Shown in pieces: positions 28,472 through 37,766 of a stretch of DNA of 64,000 bases (positions are counted from its first letter, which is position 1; each line of letters begins with the position of its first letter). The DNA is taken from positions 3,281-67,280 of the IMG/VR virus record IMGVR_UViG_3300037067_011362. One strand, 5' to 3'. Under the pieces are notes generated by a model that made no database searches, was not told the DNA's origin, and was given only the letters and a program-made list of their open reading frames with translations. This DNA is from a virus (Duplodnaviria; Caudoviricetes). The position numbers were made by a program, and so were the translations under genes.

Positions 28472-28909
28472 CTACTCCTGAAAAAGCCCGTTGGCTCGGG
28501 CGGCGTCTTCGATCTCGTCGGCGGTGAACTTGAGCGATTGCTCGGCTTCTTTCTCCTCCTTGCGAGAATCCACAGTGAGGCGCGATACCCCAATCAGAAA
28601 TGCAGCGTTGCGCTCGATGAACGTGAGCACGTCGTCTTCCTTGCCATTCTCGTCGACCCAGTTCGATAGATCAACCAAAGCCTGGCAAGCGGATTTGTCC
28701 AGCCCCTTGATTTGGAGATCGTTCTGTAGGCTTTGCCCCATCTCTGGGATCGTCTGCTCGCTCGTTGATACCACGAGCATATCCTGGATCCTGTCCCAGT
28801 ACCCTGGAGTGACTCTTCCGCTTCGACTCGCGATGTACCCGCGCCGGTACCCGAGTATCATCTCCACCACTAACGTCTCCACTCGCTTCCGTTGTTCGTT
28901 TGTTAGCAC
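28472..28909 (-). CDS. cas11: Cas11-like small subunit
   Basis: 145 aa all-helical protein (YWDRIQD...LQI) between csf1 and csf2, as in type IV-B. Confidence 0.72.
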   Translation of the reverse strand: MLTNEQRKRVETLVVEMILGYRRGYIASRSGRVTPGYWDRIQDMLVVSTSEQTIPEMGQSLQNDLQIKGLDKSACQALVDLSNWVDENGKEDDVLTFIERNAAFLIGVSRLTVDSRKEEKEAEQSLKFTADEIEDAARANGLFQE

Positions 28910-29822
28910 GTCGTTTCTCTTTCTCGGCAGAGAGTTTCTCCGCCTTCGTTAGTTTCTCACGCTCTTGCCTAGCTTCGACATCCCTCTCATCTCTTTGGGC
29001 AAGCCAAAGCGCTAGCTTGAACCACCCCCCGCCGCGCTTCCCGCGGTGTGCCGTTTCGAAGCACTCAATGTCGTCACGGCACCTGATCCACGTGTTTGAT
29101 CGATAGTCTCCAGCGTCGATCTCTTCTTTGGTCCCACCAGCCGTGAGTAGGGATGCCATGTCGCGAACCAGATCCAGGGATTTCGGAATGGCCACTAGGT
29201 CATCTTCGAAAATGACCACGCCACCGCGACCAGGGCCATTCAATGGAGCCCACGGGGTTACGTGCTTCTGTCCACTGTCGGCAATCGAGGCGAACCACGT
29301 GCCTTGGTGGTTGCGATCCAAGAAAGCCAGTATTAGTGGCTTCTCTCCTTTGCTGGCATTGGCGTATCCGACAACCACTGTTCCGTCCGGAAGTGCAGGG
29401 GAGTTCCATCCCTGCTCCAGGATGTGAGAGTAGTTGCGCCAGTTGCCACCAGCCGAGGCTTGGCCGGATCCTTCGCACTTGGGACACGGGTCCCCGACCT
29501 GGCACGTGCGAGTCTTTCCCTTCTTCTGGACCTCTGTAACGAAACCAGTCCCATCGCACCCCTTGCAGGCCCCAGCGGGGCGGCCAGGGACGGGCCAGAG
29601 ACGGCGAGCTAGCATCACGCAGGCCGCGCACACATGGGACGCGTACGGGGCTCGCACGCGGTTCTGGTCGGTATAGTTGGATGACATCCATTCGCGGACC
29701 GAAAGACCTACGGTAACAGGTCCCGCGCATTGGTAACAGACTCCGGAAGCTTCCAGGCAACCCTCAACGGGAGGGCTACCCAACAGAGTCCAAAGAAGGT
29801 TTGGTGCTGAATCGGTTGTCAT
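28671..29822 (-). CDS. csf1: Type IV large subunit Csf1 (Cas8-like) with inserted DnaJ-type zinc finger
   Basis: CYQC...CAAC zinc site, GNWRNYSH, IADSGQKHVTPWAPLN, KEEIDAGDY, LALWLAQR. ATG 29822 overlaps the upstream stop (ATGA). Confidence 0.85.
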   Translation of the reverse strand: MTTDSAPNLLWTLLGSPPVEGCLEASGVCYQCAGPVTVGLSVREWMSSNYTDQNRVRAPYASHVCAACVMLARRLWPVPGRPAGACKGCDGTGFVTEVQKKGKTRTCQVGDPCPKCEGSGQASAGGNWRNYSHILEQGWNSPALPDGTVVVGYANASKGEKPLILAFLDRNHQGTWFASIADSGQKHVTPWAPLNGPGRGGVVIFEDDLVAIPKSLDLVRDMASLLTAGGTKEEIDAGDYRSNTWIRCRDDIECFETAHRGKRGGGWFKLALWLAQRDERDVEARQEREKLTKAEKLSAEKEKRRANKRTTEASGDVSGGDDTRVPARVHRESKRKSHSRVLGQDPGYARGINERADDPRDGAKPTERSPNQGAGQIRLPGFG

Positions 29823-30916
29823 TTTTCCTCCGTCACACGGATCCTGCCGAAACCGAACGCCACCTTGCCGCCGTATCCTAGGCCTAGCGCGCAGCACTGC
29901 AGGAGGAAACGACCCACCGCGTTGGTCTCGATGATGGCGTGCCCAGCCCAGCCAGCAGTGCGCCCGAACTCGCGATTGCGTCCCGCTAGAGCCACGTATC
30001 TTTCGCTGGTCGAGCCTTCGATAAGCTCCATGCGTACGGTGTTTGGTGCAATGTTGAGGCCCAGGCGGCGCGGCATGAACCCCTCGAGTGTGCCTCGCAG
30101 GTGGCGTGAGTTGGGGGTTATGTGCACCATTGAGCTCCCGTACGCGCGAATGTGCACCGGCGTGATTGCGTCAATCCTCACCTTGTACGTGCCCGGTTTG
30201 TAGCACGGAGCCTTGACCCTGACGAGTGATCCGAACCGGATCGTCACCTCCCGCTCGCCGAGCATGATCTCATGCTCACGACCAGCAAGAGCACGCACAG
30301 CATCATCCTCTGCCAAGTATGCCGCCCACCCACAACCGCTAGGCCACGGGAGCAGAGCAAAGCGCGGCATGTGAGGCATGTGCGCCCCGGTCAGCGACGT
30401 CATCACTCCGTGCAGAGCGGACAGCTGCCAGTGTTGGAAGGTCTGGTGATTCGAAAGCTCGATCGTTGCGAATCCGCCGGGTAGGTAGTCGAGACCCGGG
30501 CATGGTAGAAGCCACGGCTCGATCTCGGGTACGGGTTCGCTCTTTTTGCGCTTCGACGCTTCCTTGGCGGCCAGTCGACGAGCGGCGACGCGCGCCCGGT
30601 GCTCGCCCTTGTGCGTAGCGTACCAGGCCGCAGAGCGCGCCCTGTTCTTCTCGACCTCTGAAGGGTTCGCACGCTCAAGCTGGTAGCGGCGCTTGTACCG
30701 GCAAGGATCCGAGCAGTAGGAGTGTCCCCGGTATTTGGGGACAAAGGGGGTGCCGCAGATTTCGCAAGGCTCCGTGTAGGTTTTGCTTGTTGGGTTCGTG
30801 CGGCAGTAGGCTGTTCGGTGCTCCGGGCAGCAGTACATCTGGCGCGCGTTCTTCGGCTCGAATCCGATGCCGCACTCGGGACACATGCGAAGATCAAGGT
30901 TTAGTGGAGCGTTCAT
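29819..30916 (-). CDS. cas6: Cas6-like RAMP endoribonuclease with N-terminal tandem zinc fingers
   Basis: C-terminal Gly-rich loop GLGYGGKVAFGFGRI, ITPVHIR, SALHG. N-terminal CPEC..CCPEH and CEIC..CSDPC fingers. Confidence 0.8.
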   Translation of the reverse strand: MNAPLNLDLRMCPECGIGFEPKNARQMYCCPEHRTAYCRTNPTSKTYTEPCEICGTPFVPKYRGHSYCSDPCRYKRRYQLERANPSEVEKNRARSAAWYATHKGEHRARVAARRLAAKEASKRKKSEPVPEIEPWLLPCPGLDYLPGGFATIELSNHQTFQHWQLSALHGVMTSLTGAHMPHMPRFALLPWPSGCGWAAYLAEDDAVRALAGREHEIMLGEREVTIRFGSLVRVKAPCYKPGTYKVRIDAITPVHIRAYGSSMVHITPNSRHLRGTLEGFMPRRLGLNIAPNTVRMELIEGSTSERYVALAGRNREFGRTAGWAGHAIIETNAVGRFLLQCCALGLGYGGKVAFGFGRIRVTEEK

Positions 30917-30977
30917 GCCACCTTGCTCGCTTTCTTCTGCACCATGTTCGCGCGCACAAGCGCCCCGGCCAATGGTA

Positions 30978-33900
30978 TCACCCTTGCCCCCTCACCCATT
31001 CGGCGGCTGCGTAGAAGGCTTCGTCAGGTGTCTCTGCTTCGAAGTGCTCCGACTCTCCGTCTTCGGAGTTATCGTGGCCGTCGTCCTCCAGTAGAGTGAC
31101 CGTGTAGTAGCGCTTAGCGCGCACCCCCGGATCGGAGAATTCGCGATCCCATCCAGCAGTTAGCGCTCGGCCCTCATGGGATAGCCACCCCTCCACCGTC
31201 TCGCGGTCAGCCATGCGCTTGCGGAGGGTGGCGAGCTCGAGTCGGAGCTTGGCCTCTTTGCCGGAGCGGACGAAATTGGCGATTAGTGGCGAATCGTCTC
31301 CAGTGAGTTTCATGGTTCCAATACCGTCCTTGCGATCACCTCGATGATCTTGACGTCTTCGTGGTCTATGCCCTGGCACTTGTTGAGCGCATCAATGCGG
31401 TAGCAAGCAATCTCCCGCAGCGCCGACTCGTACTTCGCCACCTTCTCCCTGAGCTCCTCAATCTCCTGCGCCTGTGGCCACTGCTCGGGGAGGGGGGAGC
31501 CGGAGGTGAGGGCGTCGTGTAGTGAATAGAGACTCATTAGTGCATCGAACGCCAGTGAGTTGTCTTCGTTGGAGCCCTCTCTATACCTGACGGCTAAGGC
31601 GAACGTCTCCGTCGTGGTCGGTTCGGTCATGGTTCTTCTTTCCCAAGGATCCGCCCGATCATTTGTAACACACCGTCCAGGCCAATCTTGGATTCGACGA
31701 TTTGCTGGAACAGCTTTTCGAGCGTTTCTCTTGTGCCTGAACCACTGACGCGAAGATGAGTCAGTTCCGCCTCTGCCTTGGTGAGTTCAACTGAAAGATC
31801 ATCCCTTACCTTCGACACCTCATCGACTTGCTGCAACGCCTGATCTCGCTCGATCTCAATGTCAGACGTGAGACCGGCGGAGAACTTTCGCTCGTGTTGG
31901 ATGATGCTCAGCGCTTCGTCGCGTTCGCGCACCAGAATCGATTGCCGTTCGGATAGTGCCCGCGCGGTATCGCGAAGGCTAGCAAACTCAGACAGGCTAG
32001 GAAGAACCATGCTGCGACGAATGCGAGACCATACCAGTCCAGAAACGATCTCTATCATCTCGTTCATGATCTCGTTGCTGGATTGGTGGTGAAGGGTGAA
32101 GTCGGCGACCTGCTCGTCGTTATAGAAGATGACGACACGAGTGTCCATCCCGCCAAGATATTCAGCCTTCCCGCTGATGCCACACTCATCAACTTCGAAT
32201 GTTGCATAGCTAACATACGGCCACACCTTGATCTTTGGCATAGCCGGATCTTCGCTAACAGAGTTGAACGGTGTCACGTTTTCGATCTTGGTCATAGTTA
32301 CGCCATCCTATCCATGGCTCGAACGATTGAATGCACCGCTTCAATGGCGCTCGCCCTTGCTTTTTGTACCTTGTCCTCGCGCGTTTCAATCAGGTCACGC
32401 AGACGAGCGTTCTCGGCGCGAAGGTATTCGAGTTCCTCTTGTGGGTTGATCATGGCGTCACCGTATACGTCACAGCCGTTACCTCGTGCGGATAGACGCG
32501 GGTCACTTTCATGTCTCCGCGTTCATGGCAGATACCGTCGTTCGGTGTGGTCGAATACGAGAAACGCCAGTACGTCGAGTCCTCCGCTCTAAGCGCGATC
32601 ATCTCGTGCGTGGTCCCGTGCCTCCAGTTGCCGGTGACCTTCTCCGAAATGTTCTCTAGCCCTTCGGTTCCGCCCCAAAGTGCCTCAGTCATGTCTTCTA
32701 TGGTTGGTGGTTGCAGTTCTTCGGTCATGGCTTCACCATCTCGAACATGATCGTTTTCTCCCCGTTTTCTTCTGTAACTTCCCCGGTCTCGCGTGAGCCA
32801 CCGAGGCGAATCAATAGCCCGTACTCAACGTTCGACAGTTTCTCGGCACTCTCGTCGTCCGATGCCGAATCGAACGTCGCTTCCGCGTGCACCATGGCCT
32901 CGCACTCTGAATCGTGGTCCTCAATGTAGTTGTCGCCGTCCTTAGAATAGAAAGCAACCTTCCCCTCCGCAATCGTCCACACCGCGTCGAGGGCGGCGGG
33001 ATGGAGGTGGCCGTTGGCGATGTTCTCGGCCAGATATGCGAGAATCACCTCGGAACGAGGGACACTGAAGGATGACTCTTTCCCTTCCTCTGTGACCTGC
33101 CCATGCCACTTGTCCTTACATAAAACCTCGAACGTGAGGTCTCCCTGATGCTCGCTAATCGGAACGAGCTGGAACCATGACGGCAATCGCAGCTTCGCGA
33201 CTTCTTCGGGGGTTAGTGGAGTTGTCATCCTGTCTCCTTGATATGTCCTGACTTCGTGAAGTGTTTTTCGTACCACTGCTGAGCGGCAGCAGCGTGCTCG
33301 TCTACAGATTCGGAAACCTGCCTTAGCGAATACTCGCCATCGGGATCACCGGCTATAGTTCCCTGAAGAGCCGCCAGGTATGCTCGCTGGGTGAATTCGT
33401 CAATGGTCATGGTTGTCCCTGCTTTCTCCAGATTAGCCTACCGTCGTTGCACAGCGAGTGCCCGCTTCCGAGGTCTGAGCATCCGCTTGGCGCGCAGACG
33501 GTTTGGCAGCGAGCCTTTTTTGAGGATATGTTGTCGACGCAGCCGCCGGTTATTCCAACAGTGATCAGGACAAGTATCGCAGCCATCCCAAGAAACATAG
33601 TCACATCGTCGCTCATCGCTTCACCCTCCGAATCTCGCACCGGATGCCGTGGGCTGCGAGTTGGCGGCGGATTTCGATGGATGCCAATCTCATATTGTTT
33701 TCAAGGGTGTCGAGTGTAAACTTTCCACAGGGCAACAAGTCGATCCCTCCTATGAATGGCACTGGCCAACAGTTACACCCTACTTCAGAAGCTCCGGCTA
33801 CTGAAGGCGCCGATTTGTCTCCGTGCCGAACCCACCTCCAAACCTCTTGTTTCTGTTTCATCTTGTAACCTCAACAATCTTCGCCCCTTCGAATGGCTCG

Positions 33901-34539
33901 AACTTCCTGGCTCTTCGCAGGTCGCGCTTGGCCTCGGCGCGGGAACCGTAGACGCGACGGAATGACAGGAACCAGGTTTCGCGCGGCACACGGTAACGCA
34001 ACGCTATGCACACATCGCGGTCGTTACCGTCCCAACCCTTGGCGACTCTGACTAGGCTCACGTACTTCACGGTTCAACCTCAATCACAATTCGGTACCTG
34101 GACAGGTGTACCCGGCGCGTGCGGAGTTGTCGCAGGACTCGGCGGAGATGGCGGGTCATGGCTTCCACCCGGTTGGAGGTTTCCACCCTGCGTCTTTGGC
34201 AAGAATCGCCCACTCTGGCCATGGAGCGGATCCGCTTAGTAGGGCCGCGTTAGCAGCCGCAAGAGCCTTGCGGGCAGCGGTGATCGACGCGAACGCGATA
34301 GGAACACCTTCGCTCCAGCCGTTCTGATCACGCGCAAATGGAACCATTGCCCAGTAGGCTATCCAGTTCTCCCATGTGCTCTTGTCTGCTGGCTGCTCAT
34401 CTCTCGGGGGAACCGGTGAGTCGTCCGTGAATGCCTCGACGCTGTTTTCTTCGGTGTCGAACCACCCTACCCGGAAACCATCGCGCAGCTCTGCGATGGC
34501 AAGGTACATTCCTTCTTTGTCCTTGTACTTCTTGGCCAT
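30978..34539 (-). CDS. Run of about 11 small, overlapping early hypothetical genes
   Basis: 30978..31313, 31310..31630, 31627..32295, 32450..32728, 32725..33228, 33225..33410, 33407..33616, 33613..33861, 33858..34070, 34156..34539; mostly ATGA/GTGA coupled. Confidence 0.6.
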
Positions 34540-34549
34540 GTTGCCTCGA

Positions 34550-34996
34550 TCAGAACGGAAAATCGTCGTTTCCACCTGGACTAGCCCCATAATCCGCCTC
34601 ATCAAACCCGCCGCCAGCTGTTTGCGTTGAGGGCTTGGGCGCGTCACCGCTCGCTGCTACACCCTTCCCTCCGCACAAGATGATATTCGTCGCATTTACC
34701 TCGGTACGGTACCGCTTGTTCCCGTCCTTGTCGTCGTAGCTCGAAGTGCGTAGTCCACCTTCGATGAACACGCGGCTTCCCTTGGTCAGGAACTTCGCTA
34801 GCGCTTCGGCGCGCTTCCCCCACACGGTGACGGAGTGCCACTCGGTTCGCTCCTGGCGCTCATGGTTGCGATCGAGGTACGACTCGGAGGTGGCGAGGCG
34901 CAGCTTCAAGACGGACTGGCCTCCGGAGGTGGAACGCAATTCTCCCTCAGAGGCCAGGTTGCCTAAAAGTTGTACGCGGTTTAGGCCGTCAGACAT
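34550..34996 (-). CDS. ssb: Single-stranded DNA-binding protein
   Basis: LNRVQLLGNL, TEWHSVTVWGK, GSRVFIEGGLRT, acidic tail ending DDFPF. Confidence 0.97.
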   Translation of the reverse strand: MSDGLNRVQLLGNLASEGELRSTSGGQSVLKLRLATSESYLDRNHERQERTEWHSVTVWGKRAEALAKFLTKGSRVFIEGGLRTSSYDDKDGNKRYRTEVNATNIILCGGKGVAASGDAPKPSTQTAGGGFDEADYGASPGGNDDFPF

Positions 34997-35653
34997 TGGC
35001 TGGATCCTTGAGGTAATTCAGAACTGACGTCGCCACCTTGAGTCTGTACACGTATTCCCCCTTGGTAGATTTTCTGTCACTGCTAGCCAGTTTTTTGCAC
35101 ATGTAGTCGGCGTCCGTTCCGGTGACGAATTCGCGAACGGGTCTATCGCCCATGGCTCCCCAGAAAGCTGTCCACGCTGTTCCCCAACACGTAACCGTTA
35201 TCATCCCGTGTCCCTTGCAGAAGTCGTGCAGGTACACATGGATGGGATCGGTTTTCTCGCTCGGGTTCTCGACGTAGCAGTGGGTAATGGCTCCCATTGA
35301 AGTATCAGACATCAGTTCAGTCCTCCCACGAGCGACTTGATCGCGCAGTAGTCAGGGGCCGAGATGCACGTGATAAATCCCGGGACTGAGCACATTGTTA
35401 GCACTCCGGCAAGCAGCGCCGCCGTCACGGCTGCTATAGCAAGGACGACTGGTCCATCATCACGCCCTTTGGCCGCAAACCTGACGGCCTTCGTGGCAGC
35501 AATGGCCACCGCGACAGTGATAGCTCCACCGATTGCTAGGCTTGAAATTGCCGAGATGTATTCGGCCCGCGCCGCTGACTCCAACAATCCCGGCGCCGAT
35601 GTTCGCAGCGCGTCAAGCAACCTGGAAATGCTTGTTTCGATTTGGTCAGACAT
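34989..35653 (-). CDS. Two hypothetical phage proteins (34989..35312; membrane protein 35312..35653)
   Basis: Coupled ORFs; the second has two TM segments. Confidence 0.55.
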
Positions 35654-36825
35654 CAGAACTCACCTTCCCCAACCGGTACCGTTTCGCCGTTGGTCTCTCT
35701 CAAAAACCGCTCTGCATATGGTCCGGCAGAACCGATCCATGATGCGATGATTTGGAGCTCAGCAAGACCATCCTCGGTAGTCATCTCGGGAACCGGAACG
35801 GCCTCAACTGCTTTGACGTACGCCACCAGCTTCTCTGCATCCGGCCTCGCCGCGTCGAGCTCCGCCTTCCGTTTCTCCGCCACCACCCGGTCCAGTTCCT
35901 CCTGCGCGAGGCGTTCAGCCTCGGCCTTGGCAGTGGCAGCCCTGTCTGCCTCGGCCTTCTCCTGGGCGATTCTGGCAGCCTCTACGCGGACCTTCTCGGC
36001 TTCGAGTGCTGCGCGGTCGGCTTCGAGTTTTTCCTTGGCTTCTCGGTTGGACTTGTCGATCGCGTCCTGTTTGGTCTTCGCTTCGGCCGCGATCCGGTCC
36101 GCTTCCGCCTTTGCTTTGGCCTCGGCAGCTTCCTTAGTAGCCTTCGCCGCGGCGAGTTGTGCGTCCAGCTCATCCTGCTTACGCTTGTTCTCGGCGTCGA
36201 CAAGCGCTTGTGCCTCCCGGTTGCGCCTGTCCGTATCGGCCTGGATGCGCCGCTGCTCGGCCAGCTCTGCCTCCCTGACCTTGCGCGCCTCGGCCTCTCG
36301 CATCTCCGCTTCGATCTTGGCCTTGCGCTGTTCCGCCTCGAAGGCCTCGCGCTCAGCCTGCAGCTTGGCCTTTTCCTCAGCAAGCCGCTTCTCCTCTGCC
36401 TCGCGCGCTACCCTGGAATTCTCGGCCGCTTCTGCCGCCAGTGCCGCGATACGGTCGTCGAGTTCCTTCTGGATAGCCGACGCTTTAGCCTCTTTCTCAG
36501 CCTTCCTTGCAGCGTCGTAGGCCTCGATTGTGGCGTCCAGGTGGTCCTCGTACGGCTTGATCGCAGCAGTGAGTAACTTGGCGGTCGAGTTCCTTAGATC
36601 GATCCGCGCCTGGTCGTCGCTATTCAACTCCTTTCGGCGCTTGTCGATGCTGGTTCGTGTCGACACGAGTATGCTTCGCGCACTGCCGCACTCGGCGCGC
36701 GTCTTGGTGTCGACGCTTTGCAGTGCCAGCCATTTCTCGCCCATGGCCGCGATTGACTGCGGCGTGAGTTCAAACTCGGCCAGAGCGTCGTTGACGGGCT
36801 CGGTGATTGTGATCGCTTGGGTCAT
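35653..36825 (-). CDS. Long coiled-coil protein of recombination module (DUF1351-like)
   Basis: RTSIDKRRKEL...IKPYEDHL...I pattern followed by an Ala/Glu/Lys coiled coil. Confidence 0.65.
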   Translation of the reverse strand: MTQAITITEPVNDALAEFELTPQSIAAMGEKWLALQSVDTKTRAECGSARSILVSTRTSIDKRRKELNSDDQARIDLRNSTAKLLTAAIKPYEDHLDATIEAYDAARKAEKEAKASAIQKELDDRIAALAAEAAENSRVAREAEEKRLAEEKAKLQAEREAFEAEQRKAKIEAEMREAEARKVREAELAEQRRIQADTDRRNREAQALVDAENKRKQDELDAQLAAAKATKEAAEAKAKAEADRIAAEAKTKQDAIDKSNREAKEKLEADRAALEAEKVRVEAARIAQEKAEADRAATAKAEAERLAQEELDRVVAEKRKAELDAARPDAEKLVAYVKAVEAVPVPEMTTEDGLAELQIIASWIGSAGPYAERFLRETNGETVPVGEGEF

Positions 36826-37766
36826 GGCTCTTCTCCGGATTCGCGCATTTCTGGAACATTTTCTTCAACCGGAACCGGCTCAAGGAGAGCGGCGCGACCT
36901 AGGAGTCCTCTGCCTCTCACTACTGGAACGTCTTGATCATCTTCTTCCGCAGCCGGCCGGGGCTCGGCTGGCGTGTCCGTGATCGTCGGCGTCTCGGTCT
37001 TACCGGCTCCCCATGTGGCCAACTCAAAGCCCATCTTCTCGTTCAGCTGACCCGTGAAGATGGCCTCACACTGGCGGGGGATCTTGATCCACTGCTGCTC
37101 GCCGGGGCGAGACGAGCGGATCGTCGGGTGGCCCTTTGAGCCCGGTTGTAGTAGCAGAGCGGCGGTCATTTCGTAGATCAGATTGTCGCCGCAGATTGGC
37201 ATCCATCCGAGGCTAAGAAGTTTGTCTTTCTTCGCTGCCGTCTTGTCGGGGTTTGGCTTCGTCTTCTCCTTCGACCGGAAGCAGAATATCGCGTTTACCC
37301 CGAGCTGTAAGATAGTATTGATGAGTCGCTGGCGCTGAGACTTTGGCTCTGACCATGCCGCAAACTGAGCCGCCTCCGTAGTCGACTTCCACAGCGCAGC
37401 GAGCCGCTTGGTCTCTGCGTCGTGCATCTCCAGCACTCCACCGGGGCCCTCATGCTCGTGGCTCATGCTGTCAATTATGATGGTTTTGCCGCTCTTCTTG
37501 ACGCAGTGCTCAATCGCGGCTAGGTAGTCGAGCGGAGAGAACGGAGCCACGAAGGGAAGATGACGGAATTTGAACTGTCCTCCAGCGTAGTGAAGCGAAC
37601 GATTGCTCTCGGTGTCGATAACGAATATCTCTCCGCCTACAACCTTCTGCATTCCGGTTGCCAACCGGAGGGCGGAGCACGTTTTGCCGCTACCAGAAGG
37701 CCCAGCTAGGCCTAACAGAATCGGAATGTTTCCCCGCGCTGCGGGCTTGTCTTCAAAGGTTCTCAT
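36822..37766 (-). CDS. AAA_24 / Sak4-like ATPase (recombinase)
   Basis: GPSGSGKT Walker A, VIDTE, IIIDSMSHEHEG, YEMT. Confidence 0.85.
   Translation of the reverse strand: MRTFEDKPAARGNIPILLGLAGPSGSGKTCSALRLATGMQKVVGGEIFVIDTESNRSLHYAGGQFKFRHLPFVAPFSPLDYLAAIEHCVKKSGKTIIIDSMSHEHEGPGGVLEMHDAETKRLAALWKSTTEAAQFAAWSEPKSQRQRLINTILQLGVNAIFCFRSKEKTKPNPDKTAAKKDKLLSLGWMPICGDNLIYEMTAALLLQPGSKGHPTIRSSRPGEQQWIKIPRQCEAIFTGQLNEKMGFELATWGAGKTETPTITDTPAEPRPAAEEDDQDVPVVRGRGLLGRAALLEPVPVEENVPEMRESGEEP

Noticed and set aside
25385-30916. Type I or type III assignment of the Cas operon
   Set aside because: No Cas3 or Cas10 motifs (HD, GGDD); Cas7, Cas5 and large-subunit motifs and gene order fit type IV.
35642-36576. 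Long plus-strand Ser/Ala- and Leu-rich ORFs
   Set aside because: Antisense shadows of the coiled-coil gene 35653..36825.
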